From an uncultured bacterium (lineage in GTDB: Bacteria; Omnitrophota; Omnitrophia; Omnitrophales; Abzuiibacteriaceae), in the NCBI GenBank assembly GCA_964387845.1, contig CAYLXA010000007.1, positions 50,481 through 114,480 of the forward strand: DNA of 64,000 bases, in the 5' to 3' direction. The position numbers were made by a program, and so were the translations under genes. Each line of letters starts with the position of its first letter. Within the stretch, counting starts at the first letter, position 1. A model generated the notes under the pieces. The model worked only from the letters and a program-made list of their open reading frames with translations, was not told the origin of the DNA and did no database searches. Of the stretch, positions 37,892 through 46,739 are shown piece by piece.

Positions 37892-38134
37892 TTAATTGGG
37901 AATGACGTCAACCAGCCGGTTTTCTCTGAAATGTACCACGCCGCTACGCATCGCGAAAAGAGAATCGTCTTTCGCACGTTTCACAAAGCGCCCCGGGCGA
38001 AACCGTGTTCCGCGCTGACGGATAATAATGCCGCCCTCACGAACCAGCTGCCCGCCGTACACTTTCACGCCCAGAAACTGCGGACATGAGTCGCGGCCGT
38101 TTGTACTACTTCCCTGACTTTTTGTATGTGCCAT
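37892..38134 (-). CDS. rpmA: 50S ribosomal protein L27
   Basis: Start at MAHTKSQGSSTNGRDS (canonical L27 N-terminus); the track's ORF is extended upstream. Confidence 0.85.
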   Translation of the reverse strand: MAHTKSQGSSTNGRDSCPQFLGVKVYGGQLVREGGIIIRQRGTRFRPGRFVKRAKDDSLFAMRSGVVHFRENRLVDVIPN

Positions 38135-38139
38135 ATCGT

Positions 38140-38460
38140 TTAACCTTGAATTGCCTTCACTTGAAGCCGTGTCAATGTCTGCCGATGACCCTTTTTGCGG
38201 CGCGAATTTTTCCGGCGGCGATACTTGAAACTGATCACTTTCGGCTGGCGCTCTTCTGCTTCCAAAACCTGACAAAGCACCTTGGCGCCGTTCACATAAG
38301 GCGTCCCGAAACTAGCCTTGTCACTCGATTTGATCATCAAAACATGATCCAGCGACACTTCACCGTCTTTAATCGCTTGCGGTTTTTCGACCAGGATAAC
38401 GTCATCCTGCTTCACCAAATATTGTTTATTGCCTGTTTCGACCACTGCAAAGGTTGACAT
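38140..38460 (-). CDS. rplU: 50S ribosomal protein L21
   Basis: 106 aa; MSTFAVVETGNKQYLV.. typical L21. Confidence 0.9.
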   Translation of the reverse strand: MSTFAVVETGNKQYLVKQDDVILVEKPQAIKDGEVSLDHVLMIKSSDKASFGTPYVNGAKVLCQVLEAEERQPKVISFKYRRRKNSRRKKGHRQTLTRLQVKAIQG

Positions 38461-38543
38461 CTGAATCCCCTGAACTTTCGTAAGTGATTTATATACAATA
38501 GGTTACGTATAGACGCAACCCGATATTTCAAAAGCGAACCCAA

Positions 38544-38572
38544 ATTGTATTCGAGAAGCTCTCATCTGTCAA
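38544..38572 (-). promoter_or_regulatory. sigma70 consensus-like promoter for rplU operon (TTGACA-17-TACAAT)
   Basis: Minus strand TTGACAgatgagagcttctcgaaTACAAT about 80 nt upstream of the rplU start. Confidence 0.45.
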
Positions 38573-38577
38573 CTGAT

Positions 38578-39390
38578 TTAATTCTTTAACTTCAGATGGG
38601 ACATGACGGGAAACTCACGGCGGAGGCGCTGGACGCGGGCCGTATCAATTTCGGCAACTACAACCTCGGGCTTCCCCTCAGACCCCTCAGCCAATACCTT
38701 TCCCCAGGGATCAACCACGAGGCTATGGCCGTAACTTTTAACACGCGTGGAAGGATTTCTGCCGACTTGGGCGGGAGCCACGATAAACATTTGATTTTCA
38801 ATCGCTCGCGAGCGCAGCAGCACATGCCAATGCACCCTGCCGGTTTCGTGGACAAAATTGGCCGGCACAAAAACAACCTCAGCGCCTCCCAACGCAAGCT
38901 TCCTGAAAAGTTCGGGAAACCGGAGATCATAACAGATCGAAAAACCAAACCGGATACCGAACAACGACGCGGATTCTACGGAAGAACCGGAATCAATTTT
39001 CTCAGATTCCCGGAAGTTCAAACGGCCGGGCGTTTTCACATCAAACAAGTGAATCTTCCGGTATTTGGCAATGATGTGGCCCTTATCCGAAATCAAAAGT
39101 GAGGCGGAAAAATAACGGCCCGGCTTTTTTGACTTCTCCAGAATGCTGCCCAATAAAATCGGAACGCGGCTCATGCAGGCCATGTGCTGGAATTTATGGA
39201 TAACATGTTCGGTTTTTTCAGCGATGTCCCGGTAGCTCGAGGATTTTCCGCGGTGGAGAAACGTTTCCGGATACGCAATCATTTGCGCGCCTTTGTGAAC
39301 GGCCAAGTGCGCCATTTTGAATGACTGCTTTAAATTTTGATTGAAATCACTGCCCGCCCCTATTTGGATGCAGGCGATTTTAATTTTCAT
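38578..39390 (-). CDS. Carbon-nitrogen hydrolase family protein (nitrilase/amidase superfamily)
   Basis: 270 aa; CN_hydrolase fold, IACIQ start, catalytic E-K-C pattern. Confidence 0.8.
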   Translation of the reverse strand: MKIKIACIQIGAGSDFNQNLKQSFKMAHLAVHKGAQMIAYPETFLHRGKSSSYRDIAEKTEHVIHKFQHMACMSRVPILLGSILEKSKKPGRYFSASLLISDKGHIIAKYRKIHLFDVKTPGRLNFRESEKIDSGSSVESASLFGIRFGFSICYDLRFPELFRKLALGGAEVVFVPANFVHETGRVHWHVLLRSRAIENQMFIVAPAQVGRNPSTRVKSYGHSLVVDPWGKVLAEGSEGKPEVVVAEIDTARVQRLRREFPVMSHLKLKN

Positions 39391-40219
39391 TTTCTTTTTT
39401 CTCTAGAAATTGGGTGTCATTAAGGCGCTCGTCCTTCTTTAGATACGACACTTTGTATTTAGACTGAACTATCCAATCCTGGATTTTCGGGTCTTTGAGA
39501 TGAATTTTGACAAAATTAAGGACCGCAAATTCTTCCGCAGAAAACTTGCCCACACCTTCTGAACGCCCATACCCCAAGAGAAAATCACCCGCAAATTCCT
39601 TCAAAAGCGGCGAAAGACGAAGCTTCTTTTTTCCTTCGACCAGCTTGTTATAACGCACATGCGTCAGGAAAAAATTCATCTGATCCGAAAACTGCTCGGC
39701 AAGGCGGCTGCCTTCATATGCTTCGCTCCGAAGCGGCGGAGAACTCATCTCGCCGGCTGACAAAGCCAGGAGCGCGCGCTCGTCCCGGAAAGTGTTACGC
39801 AAAATTTCATCCCGGATTTCCTTGAAGTTATAAACCAGACCCGAAACAACAGGTCTCTTCTCTTCCCAGAAATTTTCAATTTGGCTGACGGAATCAACCG
39901 GATAATGACGCAGGACTTCTTGAATCACCAGCGCATTGAACGCATTCACCCAAAGCGCGATCCTGCCTTCCCGTGTTTCTTCGGCAAGCATGGCAAGCGG
40001 ATATTCCGACAAACTTTTCAGATACTGATCGAGCTTGTCCGAATCATTCTGGAATGAAGCGTAGTCAACCAGGCCGTCTTCTGTGTGGGTTTTTAATAAT
40101 TCATCCCAGACTTGATGATCAAATGCGCGGCCAGATGCTGGAAGTAGGATAAAAACGGTGAGAAAAATGAGAGAAATTCGGAGAAAAAAACAGCCGTGAA
40201 AATTAAAACGACATGCCAT
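39380..40219 (-). CDS. DUF547-domain secreted protein
   Basis: 279 aa; signal peptide; ALWVNAFNALVIQEVL DUF547 core. Confidence 0.55.
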   Translation of the reverse strand: MACRFNFHGCFFLRISLIFLTVFILLPASGRAFDHQVWDELLKTHTEDGLVDYASFQNDSDKLDQYLKSLSEYPLAMLAEETREGRIALWVNAFNALVIQEVLRHYPVDSVSQIENFWEEKRPVVSGLVYNFKEIRDEILRNTFRDERALLALSAGEMSSPPLRSEAYEGSRLAEQFSDQMNFFLTHVRYNKLVEGKKKLRLSPLLKEFAGDFLLGYGRSEGVGKFSAEEFAVLNFVKIHLKDPKIQDWIVQSKYKVSYLKKDERLNDTQFLEKKENEN

Positions 40220-40535
40220 GACGTTTCAGGAATTCAACGTCACTTTTGGTCCACTTGAAATCCGAAAAGAAATCGCCCTCTTCTCCGTTTGTTTCGTGAG
40301 AATCGGCGATATCTCCGTACAAATCTTCAAACTCTTCCATCTCTTCGGGCGTTACGGGTATAAAATTGAAGAAGCAAAAATTGACGGTCATTTTGTCACC
40401 CGGCTTGCCTTCGAACAAATTCATGAATTGAGACTCTGCATTCGGCGAATGTTTCATGATGCTCTTGAGAAGTTCAAGCAGTTGGGTCATTTTCTTTTCA
40501 AATTCATCACGCTGTAAAAAATCATCGTATCTCAT
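40203..40535 (-). CDS. Hypothetical small acidic protein
   Basis: 110 aa, no recognisable domain. Confidence 0.35.
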   Translation of the reverse strand: MRYDDFLQRDEFEKKMTQLLELLKSIMKHSPNAESQFMNLFEGKPGDKMTVNFCFFNFIPVTPEEMEEFEDLYGDIADSHETNGEEGDFFSDFKWTKSDVEFLKRHGMSF

Positions 40536-40538
40536 GAA

Positions 40539-41462
40539 TTATTTGGCCTCCACATAGGCCTGCGCGGCCAATGCTGCTTCACAACCCTCGCCGCATGCCG
40601 AAACGAGCTGCTTAACGGCGCCCGCGCGCACCTCCCCGCAGGCAAAAACACCGGGAACCGATGTTTCCAGGCCGTTCTTTGTCACCACATAACCAAGCTT
40701 ATCGAGCTCTACAAACCCTTGTAAAAATTTAGTCGCGGGATCCTGGCCGATAAAAACAAACAAGCCGTCGGTTTTAAAATCCTGAGCCTGATTGGTTTTT
40801 AAATTCTTGATTTGGACACCGTCGACTTTGCCGGAGCCGTTCACTTTTTCAACCACGCTGTCCCAAATAAATTTAATTTTCGGATTTTGTTTCGCGCGGT
40901 CCTGCAGGATGGCGCTTGCACGCAAACTATCGCGCCGATGAACAACGGTTAACTTGTTGACAAAACGTGTGAGGAACAAACCTTCCTGCATCGCCGAATC
41001 GCCGCCGCCAACCACCACGATTTCTTTATTTTTGAAAAATGCGCCGTCACAGACCGCACAATAGGAAACGCCTTTGCCGATCAATTCTTTTTCGCCCGGC
41101 ACGCCGATTTGGCGGTAAAAAGCACCCGTCGCAATAATGATGGCTCCGGCTTCAATGGTTGCCTTAGATGTTTGAACTTTAAATCCGCTGCCGTTCTTTG
41201 AAATGGATTTGGCTTCGTCATACTGGACCACGGCACCGTAACGCTTGGCCTGCTCTTCCATCTTCATGGAAATCTCGCCGCCCGTGACACCTTCCGGAAA
41301 ACCCGGATAATTTTCAACGATATCGGTGAGCGCGATTTGACCGCCCGGCGTGAGTTTTTCAAGAACGATGGTGGAAAGATTGGCGCGCGAGGCATAAAGC
41401 GCAGCCGTGAGGCCTGCTCCGCCGGCACCAATGATGAGGATATCGCAACGGTTGTTGGACAT
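40539..41462 (-). CDS. trxB: Thioredoxin-disulfide reductase
   Basis: 307 aa; FAD motif IIGAGGAG, redox-active CAVCDG. Confidence 0.9.
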   Translation of the reverse strand: MSNNRCDILIIGAGGAGLTAALYASRANLSTIVLEKLTPGGQIALTDIVENYPGFPEGVTGGEISMKMEEQAKRYGAVVQYDEAKSISKNGSGFKVQTSKATIEAGAIIIATGAFYRQIGVPGEKELIGKGVSYCAVCDGAFFKNKEIVVVGGGDSAMQEGLFLTRFVNKLTVVHRRDSLRASAILQDRAKQNPKIKFIWDSVVEKVNGSGKVDGVQIKNLKTNQAQDFKTDGLFVFIGQDPATKFLQGFVELDKLGYVVTKNGLETSVPGVFACGEVRAGAVKQLVSACGEGCEAALAAQAYVEAK

Positions 41463-41522
41463 GGAGTAATCTGCGTCAGTTACAAAACGTGGATATGCTG
41501 ATTTTCTAAAAAACGCTAAGTC

Positions 41523-42380
41523 TTATTCAAACTCAGCAACGAGCTCACGCTGTTCTTCCGGTTTCAAACCAAGCTTATGTTTGTAAACAGGAATTTCGAG
41601 CGTTTCTCTTTCGGATTCTTCATACTGCGGCCGTACTTCTTTATAGAAAATACCGGTCGCGATATACTCGGTTTCCTGAGCTTCACGAAAAGCCGCCACC
41701 AAATCACTGGTGTTATGGCCTTTTTCGTTGATGTCTTTGCATCTTTCTTTGTAGAACTGAGCCGTGTTGATTTCGTTAAATGTCACGCATGGGCTAAACG
41801 TATCAACCAATGCAAAACCGGGATGATCGATTGCAGCCTTAATGATATCGGAAAGCTGCTTTTGATTTCCGGTAAAGGCGCGCGCCACAAAGCCACAGCC
41901 CGAAGCAAGCGCCAAAGCGATTGGATTAATCGGAAGCTCCGCGTTTCCGAATGGCGTTGACTTGGTTTTCATACTGATGCCGCTCGTGGGAGATGTCTGC
42001 CCCGTGGTTAAACCATAAATCGAATTGTTCATGACGATATAAGTCATGTCAACGTTGCGGCGCATCGCGTGGATCAAGTGGCCGACGCCAATACCATAAC
42101 CATCGCCGTCACCACCCACCGCCACCACTTTCATTTCGTGATTGCAAAGCTTAAAGCCCTGCGCAATCGGAAGCGAGCGGCCGTGCAAAGTGTGCATGCC
42201 GTAAGTATTGATAAAGCCGGGCAAATTGGAAGAACAGCCGATGCCGGAGACCGTCATCATATGATGCGGCTCAATTCCCATGCCGACATAGGTTTTCTTC
42301 ATCGCTGCCAACAAGCCGAAATCGCCGCAGCCTGGGCACCAATCTGGATGTACGCTGTCAAAATCTTTCATCGTTGCCAT
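41523..42380 (-). CDS. korB: 2-oxoacid:ferredoxin oxidoreductase beta (TPP-binding) subunit
   Basis: 285 aa; WCPGCGDFG and TPP-binding GDG pattern. Confidence 0.85.
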   Translation of the reverse strand: MATMKDFDSVHPDWCPGCGDFGLLAAMKKTYVGMGIEPHHMMTVSGIGCSSNLPGFINTYGMHTLHGRSLPIAQGFKLCNHEMKVVAVGGDGDGYGIGVGHLIHAMRRNVDMTYIVMNNSIYGLTTGQTSPTSGISMKTKSTPFGNAELPINPIALALASGCGFVARAFTGNQKQLSDIIKAAIDHPGFALVDTFSPCVTFNEINTAQFYKERCKDINEKGHNTSDLVAAFREAQETEYIATGIFYKEVRPQYEESERETLEIPVYKHKLGLKPEEQRELVAEFE

Positions 42381-42413
42381 TGGTTTGTTCCTCTCTTGAA
42401 GTCAAAAATTAAA

Positions 42414-44177
42414 TTATGCGAGAATCAATTCGTTTTTTTTTAATCTTTCGACAATGTCTTCGCCCGTAAACGGTTCACCGTCGTAGCGCGTGACTTGCCG
42501 CTTAATCTGGAATCCGGTTTCTGCCAAAATCAAACGCGACATTTGGCAGGAATAATTATTTTCAACGGCAATGACTTCATTGCAGCCGTTTAAAATATCC
42601 AATGTAGCCTGCACCGGCAGCGGATAAAGATCGGTAAAATGTAAATGATTGACTGACAACCCATCTTTATTGAGAAGCTTGACGGCTTCTTCAATAGCAT
42701 CATAGGTGGAACCCCAGCCCATCAAAGTCAATTTCGCATCTTTGGGGCCTGTCAAAACCGGCGGTTTCATATCATGCTCGCGCATGCCATCGAGCTTGCG
42801 CATCCGCTTTTCGTGCATTTTGTTGCGGATATCCAGCGATGACGGAAGCCCAGCCAAAACGTCGCTGATCACTTCACCGCGCTCATCGTGCTCGTCGCTG
42901 GCGGACACATACATACCCTTTTCCACACCCGGAAGTAGTCGGGGCGAAATGCCGTCATCGGTAATTAAGAAGCGCTTGTAAACATCGCCGCTAAATTTGT
43001 CGACGAGTTTGCCGCGTTCAATTGCCATGTTGAATTTAAATTCGGTAACGGTCTGGAAATGTTCTGAGAGATATAAATCAGAGAGGATTAAAACCGGCGT
43101 CTGATATTTCTCCGCCAAGTTAAGCGCGCGGCCCGCGGTGTAAAACGCATCCTCCGTATCTTTCGGTGCGAGAATGATTTTCGGCGCATCGCCTTGCGCA
43201 GCTCCGAGCAGCAAATTCAAATCGGCCTGCTCTTGCTTCGTCGGAATACCGGTCGAAGGACTGCCGCGCTGCACATTAATCACCACAATCGGCTCTTCCA
43301 GCATCGTGGCCAAACCGACGCCTTCTACCATTAATGAAAAACCGCCTCCCGAAGTTGCGGTTGCCGTACGCACGCCTGCATGCGCAGCACCGATAATAAA
43401 ATTCACGGCTGCGATTTCGTCTTCGGTTTGCTTAACGACAATTTTATATTTTTTTGCTTTTTTGGCGAGGTAGTGAAGAATTCCGGTGGAAGGCGACATC
43501 GGGTAAGCCGCGTAGAATTTGCAGCCATGCGCCAAAAGGCCAAGCCCGAACGCTTCGTTTCCGGTCATGAACATGCGGCGCTTGCCGTCGCCTTTTAATT
43601 TCAAATTAAGCGGCTTGGCGTTTTTCTTCGTCCAATCAGCACCGATTTGGAAAATCTTTTTGTTGATATCAATGACTTCCTTGCTCTTTTTCTTGAATCG
43701 GTCCGCAATAAAATCGATGCCGACGCTGGTTTCAAGGCCCAACAGTTGAATCGTGGCGCCCATCAACATCACGTTCGCCATAACAGCTTTAATATTGGGG
43801 TCGTTGGCAAGTTCTCTGAAATTGAGGCCATAATAATGAATGTCGTCGCGTTCTTTGGTGAGGTCTTGCGTAATTTGGGAGGAATTATAAATCACTGCAC
43901 CGCCTGGTTTCACTTGCGGTACATGGAGCCCGATGCTCGAAGGATTGAGCAATACCAATACGTCCGGTGCTTCGCCATGCGAAAGGGTTTTTTCCGAACC
44001 TACGTTCAGCTGCAGCCATACGAAACCGCCGCGAATAGCGGATTGATAAGCATTGTAAGCCATGACATGCAACCCCAAGCGGGAGCACGTTTTACCAAAA
44101 ATTTCTCCGGTCGACGCAATACCATCACCGGCCGCTCCGGCAATTCTAACAATCACACTATTCTTAGTTTCTGACAT
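42414..44177 (-). CDS. korA: 2-oxoacid:ferredoxin oxidoreductase alpha subunit (fused gamma-alpha)
   Basis: Start chosen at MSETKNSVIVRIAGAAGDGIAS; POR gamma-like N-terminus plus alpha domains. Confidence 0.85.
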   Translation of the reverse strand: MSETKNSVIVRIAGAAGDGIASTGEIFGKTCSRLGLHVMAYNAYQSAIRGGFVWLQLNVGSEKTLSHGEAPDVLVLLNPSSIGLHVPQVKPGGAVIYNSSQITQDLTKERDDIHYYGLNFRELANDPNIKAVMANVMLMGATIQLLGLETSVGIDFIADRFKKKSKEVIDINKKIFQIGADWTKKNAKPLNLKLKGDGKRRMFMTGNEAFGLGLLAHGCKFYAAYPMSPSTGILHYLAKKAKKYKIVVKQTEDEIAAVNFIIGAAHAGVRTATATSGGGFSLMVEGVGLATMLEEPIVVINVQRGSPSTGIPTKQEQADLNLLLGAAQGDAPKIILAPKDTEDAFYTAGRALNLAEKYQTPVLILSDLYLSEHFQTVTEFKFNMAIERGKLVDKFSGDVYKRFLITDDGISPRLLPGVEKGMYVSASDEHDERGEVISDVLAGLPSSLDIRNKMHEKRMRKLDGMREHDMKPPVLTGPKDAKLTLMGWGSTYDAIEEAVKLLNKDGLSVNHLHFTDLYPLPVQATLDILNGCNEVIAVENNYSCQMSRLILAETGFQIKRQVTRYDGEPFTGEDIVERLKKNELILA

Positions 44178-44306
44178 CTGAATGTTCCCTTTCGTTAGCC
44201 CGATTTTAAGTGACAAGAAATGATAATAATGACTGATTGCACAACGGAGCGAGATATTACCATAAAGCCGTTTAAATAACAACAAAAGTATTTATCTGTA
44301 ATTTAC

Positions 44307-44732
44307 CTATATCTCGCTAACACCAGCTTCATTTATCACATCTTCGTTCGCATATATCGGAATACCGGCCCGGAGCGCCACAGCGATACTATCGGAAGGC
44401 CGCGCATCAATTTCGACTTCTTCGTTTCCGCCTCCGGAACGCGCAATGATTAACTTCGCGTAAAACGTATTGTTCTCGAGTCTATCGATCAAAATGTTTT
44501 TGAGCTGCGCGCCCAGGCCTTCCACGATTTTACACAAAAGGTCATGCGTCAGCGGCCTTGGCGGCTCGACCCCGCTTAATTTCAATTTAATGGAATTAAC
44601 CTCGGCGATACCGATAACAACGGGAAGGAATCTGGAGCCTTCTTTTTCTTTCAGGATGATGATCTGTTCGCTTCGATTTTCATCAACCTTGATTTTACTT
44701 AAAACAAGCTCGATCGGCTTTCCATCGGTCAT
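44307..44732 (-). CDS. Bifunctional nuclease (BFN/DUF151) family protein
   Basis: 141 aa; DUF151 pattern (..FLPVVIGIAEV.., ..RPLTHDLL..). Confidence 0.7.
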   Translation of the reverse strand: MTDGKPIELVLSKIKVDENRSEQIIILKEKEGSRFLPVVIGIAEVNSIKLKLSGVEPPRPLTHDLLCKIVEGLGAQLKNILIDRLENNTFYAKLIIARSGGGNEEVEIDARPSDSIAVALRAGIPIYANEDVINEAGVSEI

Positions 44733-46303
44733 GGATGCTTCAAGCCGTTTTCACCGGGCTTCGAAATCTCAACGCCGCTGCGGCGGCTTGAAAAACGTTC
44801 CTGCGATTTTATTTTTTCTTTTTCCCTGAGCTTGAGCTGCTCCAGCAAATATTTATCGGCCTGACGGTCTTTCTGGATTTCTTTCTCGACTTGTTCGCGT
44901 TTGTTTAAAATTTCCCGGACTTCGCCTTCTCGGTCTTTTAACTCACTGTTCAAAATTTCATGACGAACGCCAAGCTCCCTCAAGAGCGACTCTTTCTCAA
45001 GCAGCTGCGCAGCAAGCCGGTTCCGTTTTTCGATTAACTCTTGCTGTTCGGCGATGGCGGCATAATCGCGCAGCTGTTTTTGGGCAGCTTCATTTTGGGT
45101 TTGCAATTCCTGATTACGGGCCGTGAGAGTCTCAATGTCGGATGCGTGTTTGCGGCGGAGCTCTTCGAACTCACGCATCAATGCAGTATGAGAAACGGAC
45201 CAATCTTCCGATTTCTGGCGCAAACCAGCGATTTCCTTGTCTTTGGCTTGAATCTTTTCGTCGTATGCTTTTTTGGCTGCTTCAAGCACCTGCTCCAATC
45301 CCGACACTTTTGACTTCAAACTCTCAAGCGCTTGCTCGGTTTGGACTTTTTGATTCTGGATCGCGATAATTTCCGCTTCATGCGCCTTAGTATCCGTTGC
45401 CTTTTCAAGCGCCTGCTTGGTTTCTCGTAATTCGGCCAGTTGCTTTTCAACGGTTGATTTTAAATTCGAAAGCTGCTCTTCATATTCAAAGCGCTTTTCT
45501 TCGGATTTCTGCAAATCAGCGTCGGCCCGCTTCTGCCAATCCGAAAACTCATTCTCGAGTTTCTGAATCTGCCCTTTCAGCTGATTTTTCGCATCTTCCG
45601 AAGTCTTGAGTGATCCTTTTAATTTCGAAATTTCATCCTGCGCGCTTTCATTTTTATCTTCTTGGCGACGGTCTTTTTCGGCAACAACTGTCCGAAGATG
45701 ATCATTCTCGCGCTGCAAATTTGAAGCCAGCTGCTCGAGTTTGCTTTTTTCCTTGGAAAGTTGGTCGATTTTTTCGTTGCGGATCGCCTGCTCCGTCAGC
45801 ATTTCAACTTCGCGCAGTTTCTCTTTACGCCAGGAATCAGAATGGTCAGACTCTTGCGGAGGCAAATCCAGGGAAAACGGGTCAGCTGCCGGCTTCTGGA
45901 TTGTCTCCGGCAATGGTTGACGCAATGCATCCAATTCTTCGCGGTCAGAAACCGGCTTTTTGACTTCTGATACAGTATTGGTCTGCAAAAAACTCAGATT
46001 AGGCGGCGTCGGCCAAATCGCGCGGAAACATTTGCGGCGAAACGACTGGTCGTCCGTCAAAATAACATCCGCATTCGTTTCGGCCATGTATTTCCGAAGC
46101 TGTTCGCCGACTTCCTGTCCCAGGCCTTCCAATAATATAATCGGCGTGTTCTCAACCAAATCGCCGGCTTCTTCGAGAGTCAGCGGAAAAATTTCAGCCA
46201 TCCGCTCGATCGCGCGGCTTTTGGCGAGCTCGTCACGCACGGGATTCAGGATGAGGGCAAAATCTTCTTTTGTTTCCTGCTTGAGTTTTTTGGCGAACAG
46301 CAT
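44729..46303 (-). CDS. Long coiled-coil protein with N-terminal ribosomal L7/L12 C-terminal-domain-like module
   Basis: 524 aa; N-terminus LTLEEAGDLVENTPIILLEGLGQEVGEQLRKYMAETNADVIL resembles the L7/L12 CTD (LGLKEAKDLVESAP...AEALKKALEEAGAEVEV); remainder is heptad-rich; ATGA-coupled to BFN gene. Confidence 0.5.
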   Translation of the reverse strand: MLFAKKLKQETKEDFALILNPVRDELAKSRAIERMAEIFPLTLEEAGDLVENTPIILLEGLGQEVGEQLRKYMAETNADVILTDDQSFRRKCFRAIWPTPPNLSFLQTNTVSEVKKPVSDREELDALRQPLPETIQKPAADPFSLDLPPQESDHSDSWRKEKLREVEMLTEQAIRNEKIDQLSKEKSKLEQLASNLQRENDHLRTVVAEKDRRQEDKNESAQDEISKLKGSLKTSEDAKNQLKGQIQKLENEFSDWQKRADADLQKSEEKRFEYEEQLSNLKSTVEKQLAELRETKQALEKATDTKAHEAEIIAIQNQKVQTEQALESLKSKVSGLEQVLEAAKKAYDEKIQAKDKEIAGLRQKSEDWSVSHTALMREFEELRRKHASDIETLTARNQELQTQNEAAQKQLRDYAAIAEQQELIEKRNRLAAQLLEKESLLRELGVRHEILNSELKDREGEVREILNKREQVEKEIQKDRQADKYLLEQLKLREKEKIKSQERFSSRRSGVEISKPGENGLKHP

Positions 46304-46330
46304 AACGGATGCCTCCTGCGTGAAACTGAT

Positions 46331-46669
46331 TTACAGCGTCATTTTTTTGGCAATATCATAAACGACCGGCATTTCCCAATACTCATTCATCATCACACGG
46401 ACAACACCGGCCAGTGACGCAATGGCCAGGACGACAAACGCAAAGGAAAAGACGACATCCCCGACAACGGGAATGGCCTTCAGAATTCCGGCGGCAAGTT
46501 CAAAGATGAATAAAACCAGGCCTTGGCGGCCATGAAACTCGGCGAACTTATTGCCCCGTTTCAGGACAAGCGGTACAAAACAAAGCAGGAATAAATATCC
46601 GGTCGCGGCAAAAAACTTGCCTTCTTGGATAACGGGATCTGTGGCTTGATTTTGTGATGAGTCAGTCAT
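46331..46669 (-). CDS. DUF4870/TM2-like small membrane protein
   Basis: 112 aa; FHGRQGL motif and 2-3 TM helices. Confidence 0.55.
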   Translation of the reverse strand: MTDSSQNQATDPVIQEGKFFAATGYLFLLCFVPLVLKRGNKFAEFHGRQGLVLFIFELAAGILKAIPVVGDVVFSFAFVVLAIASLAGVVRVMMNEYWEMPVVYDIAKKMTL

Positions 46670-46694
46670 AATACGATGAATGCGATTTTTTTGA

Positions 46695-46722
46695 AAACAA
46701 CCGTATTATAGCGTCCTCATCT
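46695..46722 (-). promoter_or_regulatory. sigma70-like promoter TTGACT-16-TATAAT upstream of DUF4870 gene
   Basis: Minus strand TTGACTtgagagatgaggacgcTATAAT in the 70-nt spacer after the receptor stop. Confidence 0.45.
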
Positions 46723-46739
46723 CTCAAGTCAAGAAATCA

